This document shows, one piece after another, positions 30,956 to 40,585 of a DNA stretch of 64,000 bases. The DNA lies in NCBI GenBank assembly GCA_965215015.1, contig OZ244042.1, positions 64,001 to 128,000 of the forward strand. Direction: 5' to 3'. Position 1 is the stretch's first letter. Each line of letters begins with the position of its first letter. This DNA is from Candidatus Poribacteria bacterium. GTDB taxonomy: Bacteria; Poribacteria; WGA-4E; PCPOR2b. Made by a program: the position numbers and the translations under genes. The notes under the pieces are model-generated. The model did no database searches. It was given only the letters and a program-made list of their open reading frames with translations, and was not told the origin of the DNA.

Positions 30956-31732
30956 ATGCGTTTACAATTGCCAACAATCATATTCCTTTGTCTCTCTCTA
31001 GTTGTAGTTGTTCCACTTATCTACTATATGCAGACAGACGATCAGATGGCAGCTCGGGAAGCCATTAATTTGGAAGGACAGGAATTTAAGAGTTTGCGTG
31101 AACAAGCTGCAGTCGCTCATAACGCAAAAAGACATACCGCGGCTATCCAGATTTATCAAGAGGCACTAAAGATGCGCCCGGACAACGCCGAAGTCCATAA
31201 CGATTTGGGAGCAACCTGCTACGAATATGGACTTGACTACGCCGGACCGAATTGGCCCTCTTGGAAAACTGACTTGGCAAGCCAAACACCGGCCGAAGCT
31301 GTCCGGGAGTTGGAGACAGCAGTGGCAGAAGTCGGCTCCGGTTATATTGTCATGACATCAGATAAACCAGATGTCACTGGAGCCATCAACAAAAAAGCCC
31401 AAGAGGTTGAGGCATATATCTATATCCAACAATTCGGCGAAAATGTAACGATGAACATAGTCATCGGCAAAACCAAGGAATTATTCCTGAAAGCGCGGGA
31501 CCACTACCTTCGAGCAATTGATATCAAACCGACTTACCCTCGCCCCTACTTTAACCTCGGAGCACTGTACATGAAAATCGGTCAACATGATACCGCGGTC
31601 GATTATCTGGATAAGTCGTACCAATTGGATCCTCGAGATAAAGAACTTGAGGCATATCTCAATGAACTGAGGTCGGACAATCGTGGATACATATCAATTC
31701 CAGCCGATGCAATTCCAGCCGATGGGCGTTAG
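30956..31732 (+). CDS. Membrane-anchored tetratricopeptide repeat protein
   Basis: N-terminal TM segment. TPR motifs YQEALKMRPDNAEVHNDLG and PYFNLGALYMKIG. Confidence 0.8.
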   Translation: MRLQLPTIIFLCLSLVVVVPLIYYMQTDDQMAAREAINLEGQEFKSLREQAAVAHNAKRHTAAIQIYQEALKMRPDNAEVHNDLGATCYEYGLDYAGPNWPSWKTDLASQTPAEAVRELETAVAEVGSGYIVMTSDKPDVTGAINKKAQEVEAYIYIQQFGENVTMNIVIGKTKELFLKARDHYLRAIDIKPTYPRPYFNLGALYMKIGQHDTAVDYLDKSYQLDPRDKELEAYLNELRSDNRGYISIPADAIPADGR

Positions 31733-32480
31733 GCAGATCTTCTTCCATGCGCTACGCTACTATCGAGTGAACTTTCTGAAGTTAGTTGGAATTGCTGCAC
31801 CCGGCACTCTGATTGGAGGATTGGCGTTTCAATCCATTTGGATCTACGGATATGCTAAGATTGTTGGACCGCAAGTGTTGGCGGCGGCATTGCCATATAC
31901 GGCGATTGTCGTTTTCCAATCTTTGATTGTGACGGCAGCTGGAACATTCGCAATTTCACAGCATCTACTCGGAAGGTCAATAAGCGTTGGCGAAGCGTAC
32001 TCACAGGTTTTAGCTTCCCTCTTTCCGTTACTCGGGGTGCTCCTTATTTTTATGCTTGGATCGCTCATTCTTTCGACGATTGCTGCTGGTATTGGTCTGA
32101 TGGTTTTGATACCGGGAATCGTCGTTTACATCTGGTTCTGCCTGGCTGCCCCCGTTGTTATAATTGAAAAAGAAGGTGGATTGGGGGCACTCAAGCGAAG
32201 TCGCGTGCTCGTCAAAGGATTTTTTGACAAAGCGTTCCTCCTTGTTGTATGGTTGACACTCGCGGAAGCATTTGTGGTCATCCTTATACTCTCCCTCCCA
32301 TTTCTCGTTGGCAGCTTCCCCGGTTTTCCTTCCGTTCTCTCTTTCCTCTCGATCTGTGTTTCACTACTCATTGACGCATTTAGGGTTATATCAACGACAA
32401 TATTTTATTACGACCTTCGCATCCGTAAGGAAGGTTATGACCTTCAGGTCTTGGCGCAGGAACTTGCTACTCCACTGTGA
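31683..32480 (+). CDS. Integral membrane protein (GDPD membrane-domain-like)
   Basis: QPM..., ALKRSRVLVKG and YYDLRIRKEGYDL motifs. Paralogue at 61148-62041. Start uncertain (31683, 31707 or 31722). Confidence 0.8.
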   Translation: MDTYQFQPMQFQPMGVRQIFFHALRYYRVNFLKLVGIAAPGTLIGGLAFQSIWIYGYAKIVGPQVLAAALPYTAIVVFQSLIVTAAGTFAISQHLLGRSISVGEAYSQVLASLFPLLGVLLIFMLGSLILSTIAAGIGLMVLIPGIVVYIWFCLAAPVVIIEKEGGLGALKRSRVLVKGFFDKAFLLVVWLTLAEAFVVILILSLPFLVGSFPGFPSVLSFLSICVSLLIDAFRVISTTIFYYDLRIRKEGYDLQVLAQELATPL

Positions 32481-32570
32481 AGCATCAAAACCAGTCAGAA
32501 TTAAGGGGTTTAGGAATCTGCGTCCTCGGTGCTCAGGCAATCAGCAATCAACTATATGATGGAGGTTCAC

Positions 32571-33434
32571 ATGAGACTCGGAATTGTCGGCATGTTGCCG
32601 GGGAACTTTCGCACATTTACAAAGGAACAGATGGAAGCAATTAGGACACTGGAGTTCACAGGATTCGGATTCCATTTTAGTAGCGACGATGTCTTCGATG
32701 TAACAACGGAGGATTGTAAAAAGTACAATCAATTTATGGCGGAGGAAGGGCTCGATCTGGTTCAATTCGCTCTTACCTACAGCGAGTGCCTCTTCGATCC
32801 GGATCCGGTTGTTAGGGAGTCAACCATCAAAAGGATTAATCGAGGCGCAGAGATAGCACGGCAGATCAACGCACATAGCTACCTCATCCGTCCCGGAAGC
32901 CTGAATCCTGACGGAGCATGGACATCGCACCGGGATAACTACCTGCCTGAGAGTATGAAACGTTTGATCGAGACACTAACGCCAATTGCCCGAAAGGCGG
33001 ATGCAGAAGGAGTGACCATTATTGTCGAAACCCATGCCGTCTCAATAATGGACTCGCCCGAAACATGCAAGGCGGTTGTTGATGCTGTCGGTTTGGATAG
33101 CCTGTGCATCGTTATGGATTTTGTCAACCATTTTCAGACACTTCAGCAGGTTTATAATAGCACCGACCGGTTGAACCATATCTTTGATATAATGGGACCA
33201 ATCGCCCCTGTGGCGCACGTCAAAGACATCAAGGTGGAAAATGGCTTGGTTCTCCATATTAATGAGGAGATGCCCGGCGAAGGCGAGTTAGATCTCGCAC
33301 AGGCACTCAGAAGATTTGACGGGTTCTATCCGGATGGATACGGACTGATTGAGCATCTACCGATGGAAAAAATTCCCCGTGCCAACGCGAATGTGCGCCG
33401 AATCGCTGCGGAAAATGGGATTGATATCCACTGA
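32571..33434 (+). CDS. Sugar phosphate isomerase/epimerase (xylose isomerase-like TIM barrel)
   Basis: GGAGG RBS before the ATG at 32571. IVETH, MDFVN, AHVKD, PGEGELD and LIEH motifs. Confidence 0.85.
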   Translation: MRLGIVGMLPGNFRTFTKEQMEAIRTLEFTGFGFHFSSDDVFDVTTEDCKKYNQFMAEEGLDLVQFALTYSECLFDPDPVVRESTIKRINRGAEIARQINAHSYLIRPGSLNPDGAWTSHRDNYLPESMKRLIETLTPIARKADAEGVTIIVETHAVSIMDSPETCKAVVDAVGLDSLCIVMDFVNHFQTLQQVYNSTDRLNHIFDIMGPIAPVAHVKDIKVENGLVLHINEEMPGEGELDLAQALRRFDGFYPDGYGLIEHLPMEKIPRANANVRRIAAENGIDIH

Positions 33435-33542
33435 TATAACTGAGAGGTGCTCATAACGGAAGCCAATCCAAACCAGCAAACTGTAAGCTAACCTTCTCAT
33501 TATTAATTTATTCTTTGCTATTGTGCTGTGTGAGACGATTTT

Positions 33543-35003
33543 TCATTTTACACGTTCGTTTGTACAAGGGAGTGATTTTTCCATACCTATAGGGAGGCCG
33601 ACACGAAGCATCTCGCGGACCCGATCGGGACGATTTCTCACCCAGGTACGTAGAGTTTCGACCTTGGCATCGTAATCGTCGTCCTGTTGTGCACGCTTTA
33701 CTTGCGCGCTGTAGCGATCAATGCTCCCTAGGAGGGCCGCCTCGTCCCACACCTCGTTGAGCAACCTTTTAAGCTCATTTTCCATGCGAGTGGCCATCGC
33801 TGGGATGCGGGACAGACGCCGGGGCAGATCGGCTGTCAGATATTGAACTAGACTAAAATCACCAAGAAATGTTTTGTCAGCCCCCCAGGGTATGAAAACG
33901 GCGCGGCCAGCATCCGTCGGATCAAAATAGACGTAGAAATTATTGCGGTCGGCACCGTAGCCATCAACGTGGCTCACAAATACCTCAAGTGCCCAAAAGG
34001 TAATATAACGATCAATGTTCAGCACATAAGACAGTGCATCGACAAGCTCCTCGTCGGGCTTCTGTAGGGCTTGGGCAACACCTACCAGCGGTGCATAACT
34101 GGTGTCGGTATCGTCGGTTTTACATTCCCAGCGCGGCAACCACGCTTCGACAAAGTCGGTGTGCGTACCCTCATAGAGGGACCCGGCGTCGTCACCGAAA
34201 GCTCGGCGAAGAAAACGCTTCTTGATGGCTTCGACATGCACGTAGGGCCCTTTTGGCTGACCGTTGACTATCACATTTGCCATGTTGGACCGGGGCGCAG
34301 GGTAGCCAGCTGCGGCAAAAACTTCGTAGGTCAGACAGGTTGCCATGCGGGGTATAATTCCACCATTGTTATTGAGCGTGATTCGCTCGGTCTCGCCAAG
34401 GAATTGATCTTTCACGTATTTATCAGTCTTGATTTTCAAAGCTGGCACCGGCGAGTACTGGGAGCCAACAAAGCCCTTCCTACGAATTCCTACCTCTGAT
34501 AGGCTCACACCGTCGACCTCGATATCTGCCTGATACCAGTTATACGCTGAGGGCCAGGGTTGCGAACAATCCGGCCATATTTGCTCGAAGCCATTTCCAG
34601 CACTATCAAAGCGGGTTTCCTTGGCCAACAACTCGAAATCATGTGGATCCATTGTCACTTTAATGCACACCAGATGGTTGGAATCGAATGAGACGCCATC
34701 GGTTGGATCTATGCCATCTAGTACGTTTGGCAAACAGGGTAGACCATTTATTGCTGGTACTTTCCAGTCTGTGTCGTCTTTGCCCTTCCCGGTTTTCGCA
34801 CCTTTCATCTTCCCAGCCGCTTTTTGGTACTTGGCAAATGCTTCTTCTTCGGTCATTTCACCACTGGCGACAGCCACCTTCAATTGGTCACCCAACGCTT
34901 CCATGTCAGCCTCTGCGGCTCCGTCTTGCGCGTGAGTCGCATGGAACGAGGTCAACGCCGTAACTAAGATGAGTATTAGAATTGGTATGACTATGCGTTT
35001 CAT
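33543..35003 (-). CDS. Secreted CotH kinase family protein
   Basis: Signal peptide. VGIRRKG, ALKIK, YPAPRSN..V.VNG, HVDGY...NNFYVY and FIPWGAD motifs. Confidence 0.85.
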   Translation of the reverse strand: MKRIVIPILILILVTALTSFHATHAQDGAAEADMEALGDQLKVAVASGEMTEEEAFAKYQKAAGKMKGAKTGKGKDDTDWKVPAINGLPCLPNVLDGIDPTDGVSFDSNHLVCIKVTMDPHDFELLAKETRFDSAGNGFEQIWPDCSQPWPSAYNWYQADIEVDGVSLSEVGIRRKGFVGSQYSPVPALKIKTDKYVKDQFLGETERITLNNNGGIIPRMATCLTYEVFAAAGYPAPRSNMANVIVNGQPKGPYVHVEAIKKRFLRRAFGDDAGSLYEGTHTDFVEAWLPRWECKTDDTDTSYAPLVGVAQALQKPDEELVDALSYVLNIDRYITFWALEVFVSHVDGYGADRNNFYVYFDPTDAGRAVFIPWGADKTFLGDFSLVQYLTADLPRRLSRIPAMATRMENELKRLLNEVWDEAALLGSIDRYSAQVKRAQQDDDYDAKVETLRTWVRNRPDRVREMLRVGLPIGMEKSLPCTNERVK

Positions 35004-35128
35004 AAGCAAATCTCCTTTTTGTTATTCGTGATTGTGATGTTGTCGAGCCCGTTGACAGAATACGGAATCTCCGAAAAAGTAACATATCCAATCGCATTTT
35101 TCCCTACTCTGTGCGGACAATGCTACTT

Positions 35129-35540
35129 TTACTCGCGCCTTAACGCATCAACAGGAGTTATCCGCGCTGCCGCTGTTTGTTGGCGAAGGGGTGGGCACCA
35201 TGAATTAGATAGCTGGAATGGAAGGCAACGCTGCCAGCTTTGGCGGTGACCGGCGTTGTTCAGCTAACTCTTCACACTCTCGAAGGTCCGCCAAACCTAT
35301 TCCACCGGCACAGCCCCCGTGACAATCGTATATCGACTCTAGCTGTTTGTGTGAACCACGACAGACTAGTATGGCCCCACCGTCCTCATCAATATCGTGC
35401 ACGATAATCCCAGAAAGCAGATAGTTATACCGCAGCAGCGGCTCTTCATCAATCTTACACCCAAGCAGCACACCTGTTTCCTCATCTCGTTTCTCACGGA
35501 ACGCATATTGGTCAACGTTAGAGCGATTATATAGGTTCAA
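35129..35540 (-). pseudogene. Chimeric remnant: partial duplicate of the adjacent PhyH gene joined to a permease-like C-terminus
   Basis: 35161-35433 is a diverged, frameshifted copy of about 36001-36273. 35129-35170 encodes AARITPVDALRRE followed by a stop. Confidence 0.75.
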
Positions 35541-35757
35541 GACTTGGAAATACCATGTGAGTGCCCACTGGCTGTATGGATTTCGTTTCGTAAGCCGAAA
35601 ATCGAGACTGTGGTCAGGGGATAGCCGTTCTGAATATGTCGATCCAAACTGTCCATCACACGCGATGCCACACCCCGGATGCGAAACTAGCGTGTGTCAA
35701 CGGTGCTGTCGGTGCACCGGTATGAAAACGCCAATAAACTGTCCATCGACCATCTTG

Positions 35758-36735
35758 TCACACTGCCATGGCATTCCGATAGGGTGCTATATCGATGCCG
35801 GGGTAGGCATTAGCGAGGCGTTGAAGTGCTTCTGCGGTGTAATAGGAATCGCCCGGATTGGGCCAGCCAAGTAAGTGACGGGTACGGGGTGTGGTCTTGG
35901 CTACGAAACTCACAAATTCAGGTGTTGTCCAGCCGGGAACGGGACGCGTGGTGTGGCACCAGTCAGCATTGTCTGCACGGTGGAAGTGAAACCCCATCCA
36001 TCCGCGCTGCCGTTGTTTGTTAGCAAAAGGTTGGGCAGCATGAACGAGATAGCTAGAACGGAAGGCAACACTGCCGGCCTTGGCGGTGACCGGCGTTGGT
36101 TCAGCCAATTCCTCACACTCCCGAAGGTCCGCCAAACCCATTCCACCGGCACAGCCCCCGTGACGCTCATATATTGACGCCAGCTGTTTGTGTGAACCGC
36201 GACAGACCAGCATGGGGGCACCATCTTCATCAATATCGTGCAGGATAATCCCAGAAAGCAGATAGTTATACCGCTCCCAATCGGGGTGTGGGGGCAGTTG
36301 TGAATTAGTGCCGTTGTCGATATGATAGCCCTCCCAAGGGTGCTCGCTGTAGCGAGTATCGGTCAACCCATCTCGGAAGAAAATTTGCCCATAGCCAAGC
36401 CGTATCTCGTTAGTCCCTAGCAACTGACAGGCACAGTCAATATAATCATCATGCTCCAGCAGCTTATCAACCGCCGGCAAGCCGGTGGGAAAATGGACAG
36501 CTCTCCCCATTGGACCCGCCAATCGTTGCATGGGTGAAGTCTGTTCGTAAAGTTGTTGAATCTCCGTTGGACTTTCCTCCCATTTTGCCCGGTATTCGGC
36601 ATAAGTCAGCCCCCCATAGGCATTGCGCTCGACGGCCTCTAACGCTGGAGCAAAACGCTCCGGGGGAAAGACGTTGGGCACAACTATGCTGCCATCGCGC
36701 TTCCAAGTTGCTAGTTGTTCATCGGTTAATTGCAT
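35758..36735 (-). CDS. Phytanoyl-CoA dioxygenase (PhyH) family protein
   Basis: MQLTDEQLATWKRDG, YHIDN, VCRGSH and KAGSVAF...VHAA motifs. Confidence 0.85.
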   Translation of the reverse strand: MQLTDEQLATWKRDGSIVVPNVFPPERFAPALEAVERNAYGGLTYAEYRAKWEESPTEIQQLYEQTSPMQRLAGPMGRAVHFPTGLPAVDKLLEHDDYIDCACQLLGTNEIRLGYGQIFFRDGLTDTRYSEHPWEGYHIDNGTNSQLPPHPDWERYNYLLSGIILHDIDEDGAPMLVCRGSHKQLASIYERHGGCAGGMGLADLRECEELAEPTPVTAKAGSVAFRSSYLVHAAQPFANKQRQRGWMGFHFHRADNADWCHTTRPVPGWTTPEFVSFVAKTTPRTRHLLGWPNPGDSYYTAEALQRLANAYPGIDIAPYRNAMAV

Positions 36736-36806
36736 AGTGTCCTCCTCGTAATTTGTGCTTTACGTGCTGTGCGAATTAACAAACCTACACAACCTTGTAT
36801 CCGATA

Positions 36807-37868
36807 TCAGGGATGATAGACAATCTGAAAGACCTTAATGTTATTCGCGGCGACATCGCTCACGAAGACGAGATCATTTTTGAAAACCGCGATGCCAACC
36901 GGTTCGACAAGTGATTCATCACCAAATGTCATCACAACCTCCCCATCCTTTGTGAAAACTTGAACCCGCTGATTTCCCCGGTCTGTTACATAAAGATACC
37001 CCCAACGGTCGATGTCGATATGACGCGGGTCGTGAAATTGCCCCGGTGCCTTCCCTTCAGTGCCCCATATCTGGACTAGGTTGCCGCTGAAATCATATTT
37101 CTTAATCCGATGATTGCCGGAATCGACGATGTAGATGTTCCCATGTGCGTCTGCTACAAGATCTGTTGGATCACGAAACTGTCGTCTCGCCCCCCCAAAG
37201 CTCCCCCGCATCAACACGCGAATGCTGTCCGTGTTAAACAGGATAAATCGGTGGTTTCCCGTATCAACGACACAAACCTCCCCGTTTCGTCCGACGCTGA
37301 CCCCACCCGGCAAGTCAAACTCAATTTTAGTATTTACGTTGTTCTCCTCGTGGCTGCCGCCCAATCTACTACCCGCCATAATATAGAAAATGCGATCTAC
37401 CAAGTTGCAGTATTGGATTCGGTGATTATCTGTATCAGCGACATAAAGGAGTTCAGTGCGCTGGAAATTGATGGCAACATCAGTTGGGTTATCGAATTCC
37501 CCTGTCCGCCAGCCGCGCACACCATATTCCGATACGAAGTTGCCTTCACTATCGACAACTTGGACACGGTTGTTTCCCGAATCTGCGACGTAGAGCAACC
37601 CCCGATGGTCAAGGTCGAGACCTGCTGGCTTCAGAAATTGCCCTGCCCCCTGACCGGAACGTCCCAGAGCGTTGATATAGTTCACACCGAGTATGGGGGG
37701 AGCGGGACGATTGTGGATGGAGGGCACAATCTGGGGCGGTGTCATTGTCTTCGTCAGGGAGGATTTCAAATCGGCTTTAGTCTCCCTATCCACCGGCGGA
37801 TTGGGGACAGCGCAACTCAAATAGAGGGGAAGGAACACCAGAGGGAGCAGGAAAGTCCATTTGCTCAT
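36807..37868 (-). CDS. NHL-repeat beta-propeller lipoprotein
   Basis: Lipobox LSC. Six GQF..P.G...D..G.LYVADSGNNRVQ-type repeats. Confidence 0.88.
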   Translation of the reverse strand: MSKWTFLLPLVFLPLYLSCAVPNPPVDRETKADLKSSLTKTMTPPQIVPSIHNRPAPPILGVNYINALGRSGQGAGQFLKPAGLDLDHRGLLYVADSGNNRVQVVDSEGNFVSEYGVRGWRTGEFDNPTDVAINFQRTELLYVADTDNHRIQYCNLVDRIFYIMAGSRLGGSHEENNVNTKIEFDLPGGVSVGRNGEVCVVDTGNHRFILFNTDSIRVLMRGSFGGARRQFRDPTDLVADAHGNIYIVDSGNHRIKKYDFSGNLVQIWGTEGKAPGQFHDPRHIDIDRWGYLYVTDRGNQRVQVFTKDGEVVMTFGDESLVEPVGIAVFKNDLVFVSDVAANNIKVFQIVYHP

Positions 37869-38021
37869 TTGTTTAGAGCGTGTGTGAGATATCGGGGAAA
37901 CCTTCGGAAGAGGCACTTAATGTTGGAAATAGTCAGCAAACCAATAACTTAACCCCAAAATCGCGGGTTACTTAGCAGGATTCCATCCAAAGATTAGTAT
38001 TTGGCGACTCTTCACACCCGC

Positions 38022-38639
38022 TTAGCCTCTTTGGACCTCGAACTTAAACACAAACGTAGTTTCTGTGTCGGTAAATTCGCTGTGGACTTTGGGAACAATA
38101 ATCCTTAAATTTGAGGACTTAATACTACGCTTGTGAAAATACAGGAAGAACCGCACCCGACGTTTCGGCATAATAGTCGTTTTTTCTACGTCTTCGCGCG
38201 GCAAAGGCACCAAATCACCCATTGAGCGCAGGACGCGGCTTTCCCGAAAATCTTCTCGGAATTCCGGGGGCATCTTCGGTGTGAAATTCTTTCCGAGATA
38301 AAATGTATGCTGGGACCTATGGATGGGCTTGTAAACCTTACCTGATTGATCAAGCATCGAACAATCATCCTGTCGCACAGAGATCCAATGATCCGTGCTG
38401 TTGAAAACGATAATTCCAAAGGCATCCACCGCTTTGACATCGTTCAAGGGAATTGCCATCGCTGTGATGCCATTTTTGACATACGCGACGGTCCCTGATC
38501 TCGGGAGGATGGTCGCCTCCGGATCGAAAATGGGAACAATACGTTCAGTTTGAAACGCAGTTTGAAGCGTTGCACAACCCAGATTCGCGAGGAATAGTAT
38601 AGCAAGCAATGGTAGGCTCGATAATCTCTTTTTTTTCAT
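38022..38639 (-). CDS. Hypothetical lipoprotein
   Basis: MKKKRLSS...ANLGC lipobox. Co-directional with its neighbours. Confidence 0.7.
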   Translation of the reverse strand: MKKKRLSSLPLLAILFLANLGCATLQTAFQTERIVPIFDPEATILPRSGTVAYVKNGITAMAIPLNDVKAVDAFGIIVFNSTDHWISVRQDDCSMLDQSGKVYKPIHRSQHTFYLGKNFTPKMPPEFREDFRESRVLRSMGDLVPLPREDVEKTTIMPKRRVRFFLYFHKRSIKSSNLRIIVPKVHSEFTDTETTFVFKFEVQRG

Positions 38640-38692
38640 TTTTCCTATCTGAAACGTGAGGCATGAAATGTAATGCGTCAAACGTAAGAAGC

Positions 38693-39547
38693 TTATTTAA
38701 TAAAAAAAGAAAGTAATTTACCCAGTCTTGTTGGTAGATCCTGACGCTGAACATAGTAATCTATACTTACGTCGGGTTGCACATAGCTAGATGGTGAGGC
38801 TGTCGCTTGAAAAGTTTCTCCAAGCGATGAACGGGGACGTCTGTCAGGTGCATTTCCAGACATACGATTCTGTTCCGCAAGTACAAGGTCGCCCAATGGA
38901 AACTGTGTTAAGAAGCCCGTCCGACGGTCTTGATCCGTGAGAATTGTAATCTGTGGAAGACGGGCTTGAGACAAATTGTCCATTTCAATAGTCAGGTATG
39001 TAATTTCAGCAGACGACAATCCCACCTGTTCCGGTGGATCTGCCCTCCTCCGAGAAAGTGCATCACTTGGATACACAGTGATAAGTGGCAGTTTTTTTTC
39101 TAGTGCAGCACGAATCGCAACCAGCAGTGTTATGAAATGGAGCCTTTGTGGAATAGCGTAAGGGGCAACAACGGCAAGAACGGCCGGACAGCTTGAGATT
39201 GTACCTTCGCCTGCGGCAGTCAACCATTGAGATCCATCTGGGAATCTGTTTTGATAAACTATATCTGTCATGCCAACGGTCTCTAATGATTGCTTGTCAA
39301 TTGAAGCCGGGTGGAGATTAAATATTGCTTCTGAGTCAAATAAATAGCGAAGACGACTATCAGCAGGCATCGGAGAATAGTAATCACAATTTGGACAAGT
39401 ATAGAAGTTGCGTTCTAGTGCCTGCTTGAATACAAGTTCTCCACAGTTTGTACATTTATTCCACAGATCACTATGCCTATTTTTGTTTAGTGCCACAGTG
39501 CTCGCATTCCCTCTTTTGTGCAATGTCATCAGTCCCAATAAAGGCAA
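38693..39547 (-). CDS. AccD-like protein (acetyl-CoA carboxyltransferase beta paralogue) with degenerate catalytic motifs
   Basis: LWNKCTNC...YTCPNCDYY zinc ribbon. RAALEKKLPLI, RLPQITILTD and LGDLVLAE align to AccD, but GGSMG and SGGARMQE are absent. Start uncertain. Confidence 0.75.
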   Translation of the reverse strand: MPLLGLMTLHKRGNASTVALNKNRHSDLWNKCTNCGELVFKQALERNFYTCPNCDYYSPMPADSRLRYLFDSEAIFNLHPASIDKQSLETVGMTDIVYQNRFPDGSQWLTAAGEGTISSCPAVLAVVAPYAIPQRLHFITLLVAIRAALEKKLPLITVYPSDALSRRRADPPEQVGLSSAEITYLTIEMDNLSQARLPQITILTDQDRRTGFLTQFPLGDLVLAEQNRMSGNAPDRRPRSSLGETFQATASPSSYVQPDVSIDYYVQRQDLPTRLGKLLSFFIK

Positions 39548-39709
39548 CTCGTCTGTAAATCTGATAAGTGATCACACTCATCACTCATCGGGATGGACGA
39601 TGAATCCCCTAGCTACGAACTCGCTTGGGTGATTCACCAGCCCATCACATTAAAAAATATGCCGTAGATGTGTCAATCCATGGCAAACAGTGCTCCCCCC
39701 CAAAGGACG

Positions 39710-40066
39710 TTAGTTGTTGGACTTGTAAAAGCTGGCGATAGCCTCGTCTTCGTCCTCATATCGATCGAAGATAGTGACTAGCTTTGCCATGACAATTAAG
39801 CTCCTGATGTTGCCACCGGGATGCAGTAGAGCAATACGCCCCCCTTTTTTTTGGACGGCCGTATATGAGGCGACGATGATGCCAAGACCAGAGCTATCCA
39901 CCATACGTACATCTGCGAGATTCAGCAGGATTCTAGCGTCCCCTTCTTCAGCAGCATCAAGCTGTTCGTCAATGATATTCTTGAGGGCTAAACTATCGGA
40001 GCCAATAATTCTTCCCTCAATATCTAGAATTGTGATACCTTCTTGTTTACGAATATCTACTGTCAT
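39710..40066 (-). CDS. STAS-domain anti-sigma factor antagonist (RsbV/SpoIIAA-like)
   Basis: LLNLADVRMVDSSGLG motif. Confidence 0.92.
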   Translation of the reverse strand: MTVDIRKQEGITILDIEGRIIGSDSLALKNIIDEQLDAAEEGDARILLNLADVRMVDSSGLGIIVASYTAVQKKGGRIALLHPGGNIRSLIVMAKLVTIFDRYEDEDEAIASFYKSNN

Positions 40067-40149
40067 TTAATGATCTCCTTGAATTTGAAGTGACGGCAGC
40101 CCATGGGGCTGCACTGTTTTTTTAAACCTAATCCAAGTTGCATCAACTC

Positions 40150-40581
40150 TCATTTCTGTTCAGTCAACGATTTATGCTTAACCATTTCCACCATTGTACC
40201 TGATTTTTTATAAATAACGGAATCCATGCACGTTTCCATCAGAAAAATGCCTCTGCCACTACTTTTTAAGAGGTTTGCTGGATCTAACGGGTCCGCAACT
40301 GCCTCCCGCCTGAACCCTTTTCCTTCATCTTGAACGACAACCGTGAATTTGTCAGGTTGGACAATGAACTCAAAATGGGCGCGTTTATTCAAATCTTCTT
40401 TATTTCCATGCTTAATTGCATTTGTACCGGCTTCGATGACAGCTAAACTTACCTGCTCAGTGGTTTCCTCATCAAATTCCATCTCTTTGAGGATTTCAAG
40501 GACGATTGTATCTAACAGATAAACGTGTTGTATTGAGCTCGGAAGATCAAGACGAATAACTTGATCGGTTGTCGGTACCAC
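40150..40581 (-). CDS. Anti-sigma factor Ser/Thr kinase (RsbW/SpoIIAB-like)
   Basis: LAVIEAGTNAIKHG, VQDEGKGF and SGRGIFLM motifs. Confidence 0.92.
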   Translation of the reverse strand: MVPTTDQVIRLDLPSSIQHVYLLDTIVLEILKEMEFDEETTEQVSLAVIEAGTNAIKHGNKEDLNKRAHFEFIVQPDKFTVVVQDEGKGFRREAVADPLDPANLLKSSGRGIFLMETCMDSVIYKKSGTMVEMVKHKSLTEQK

Positions 40582-40585
40582 GCAG

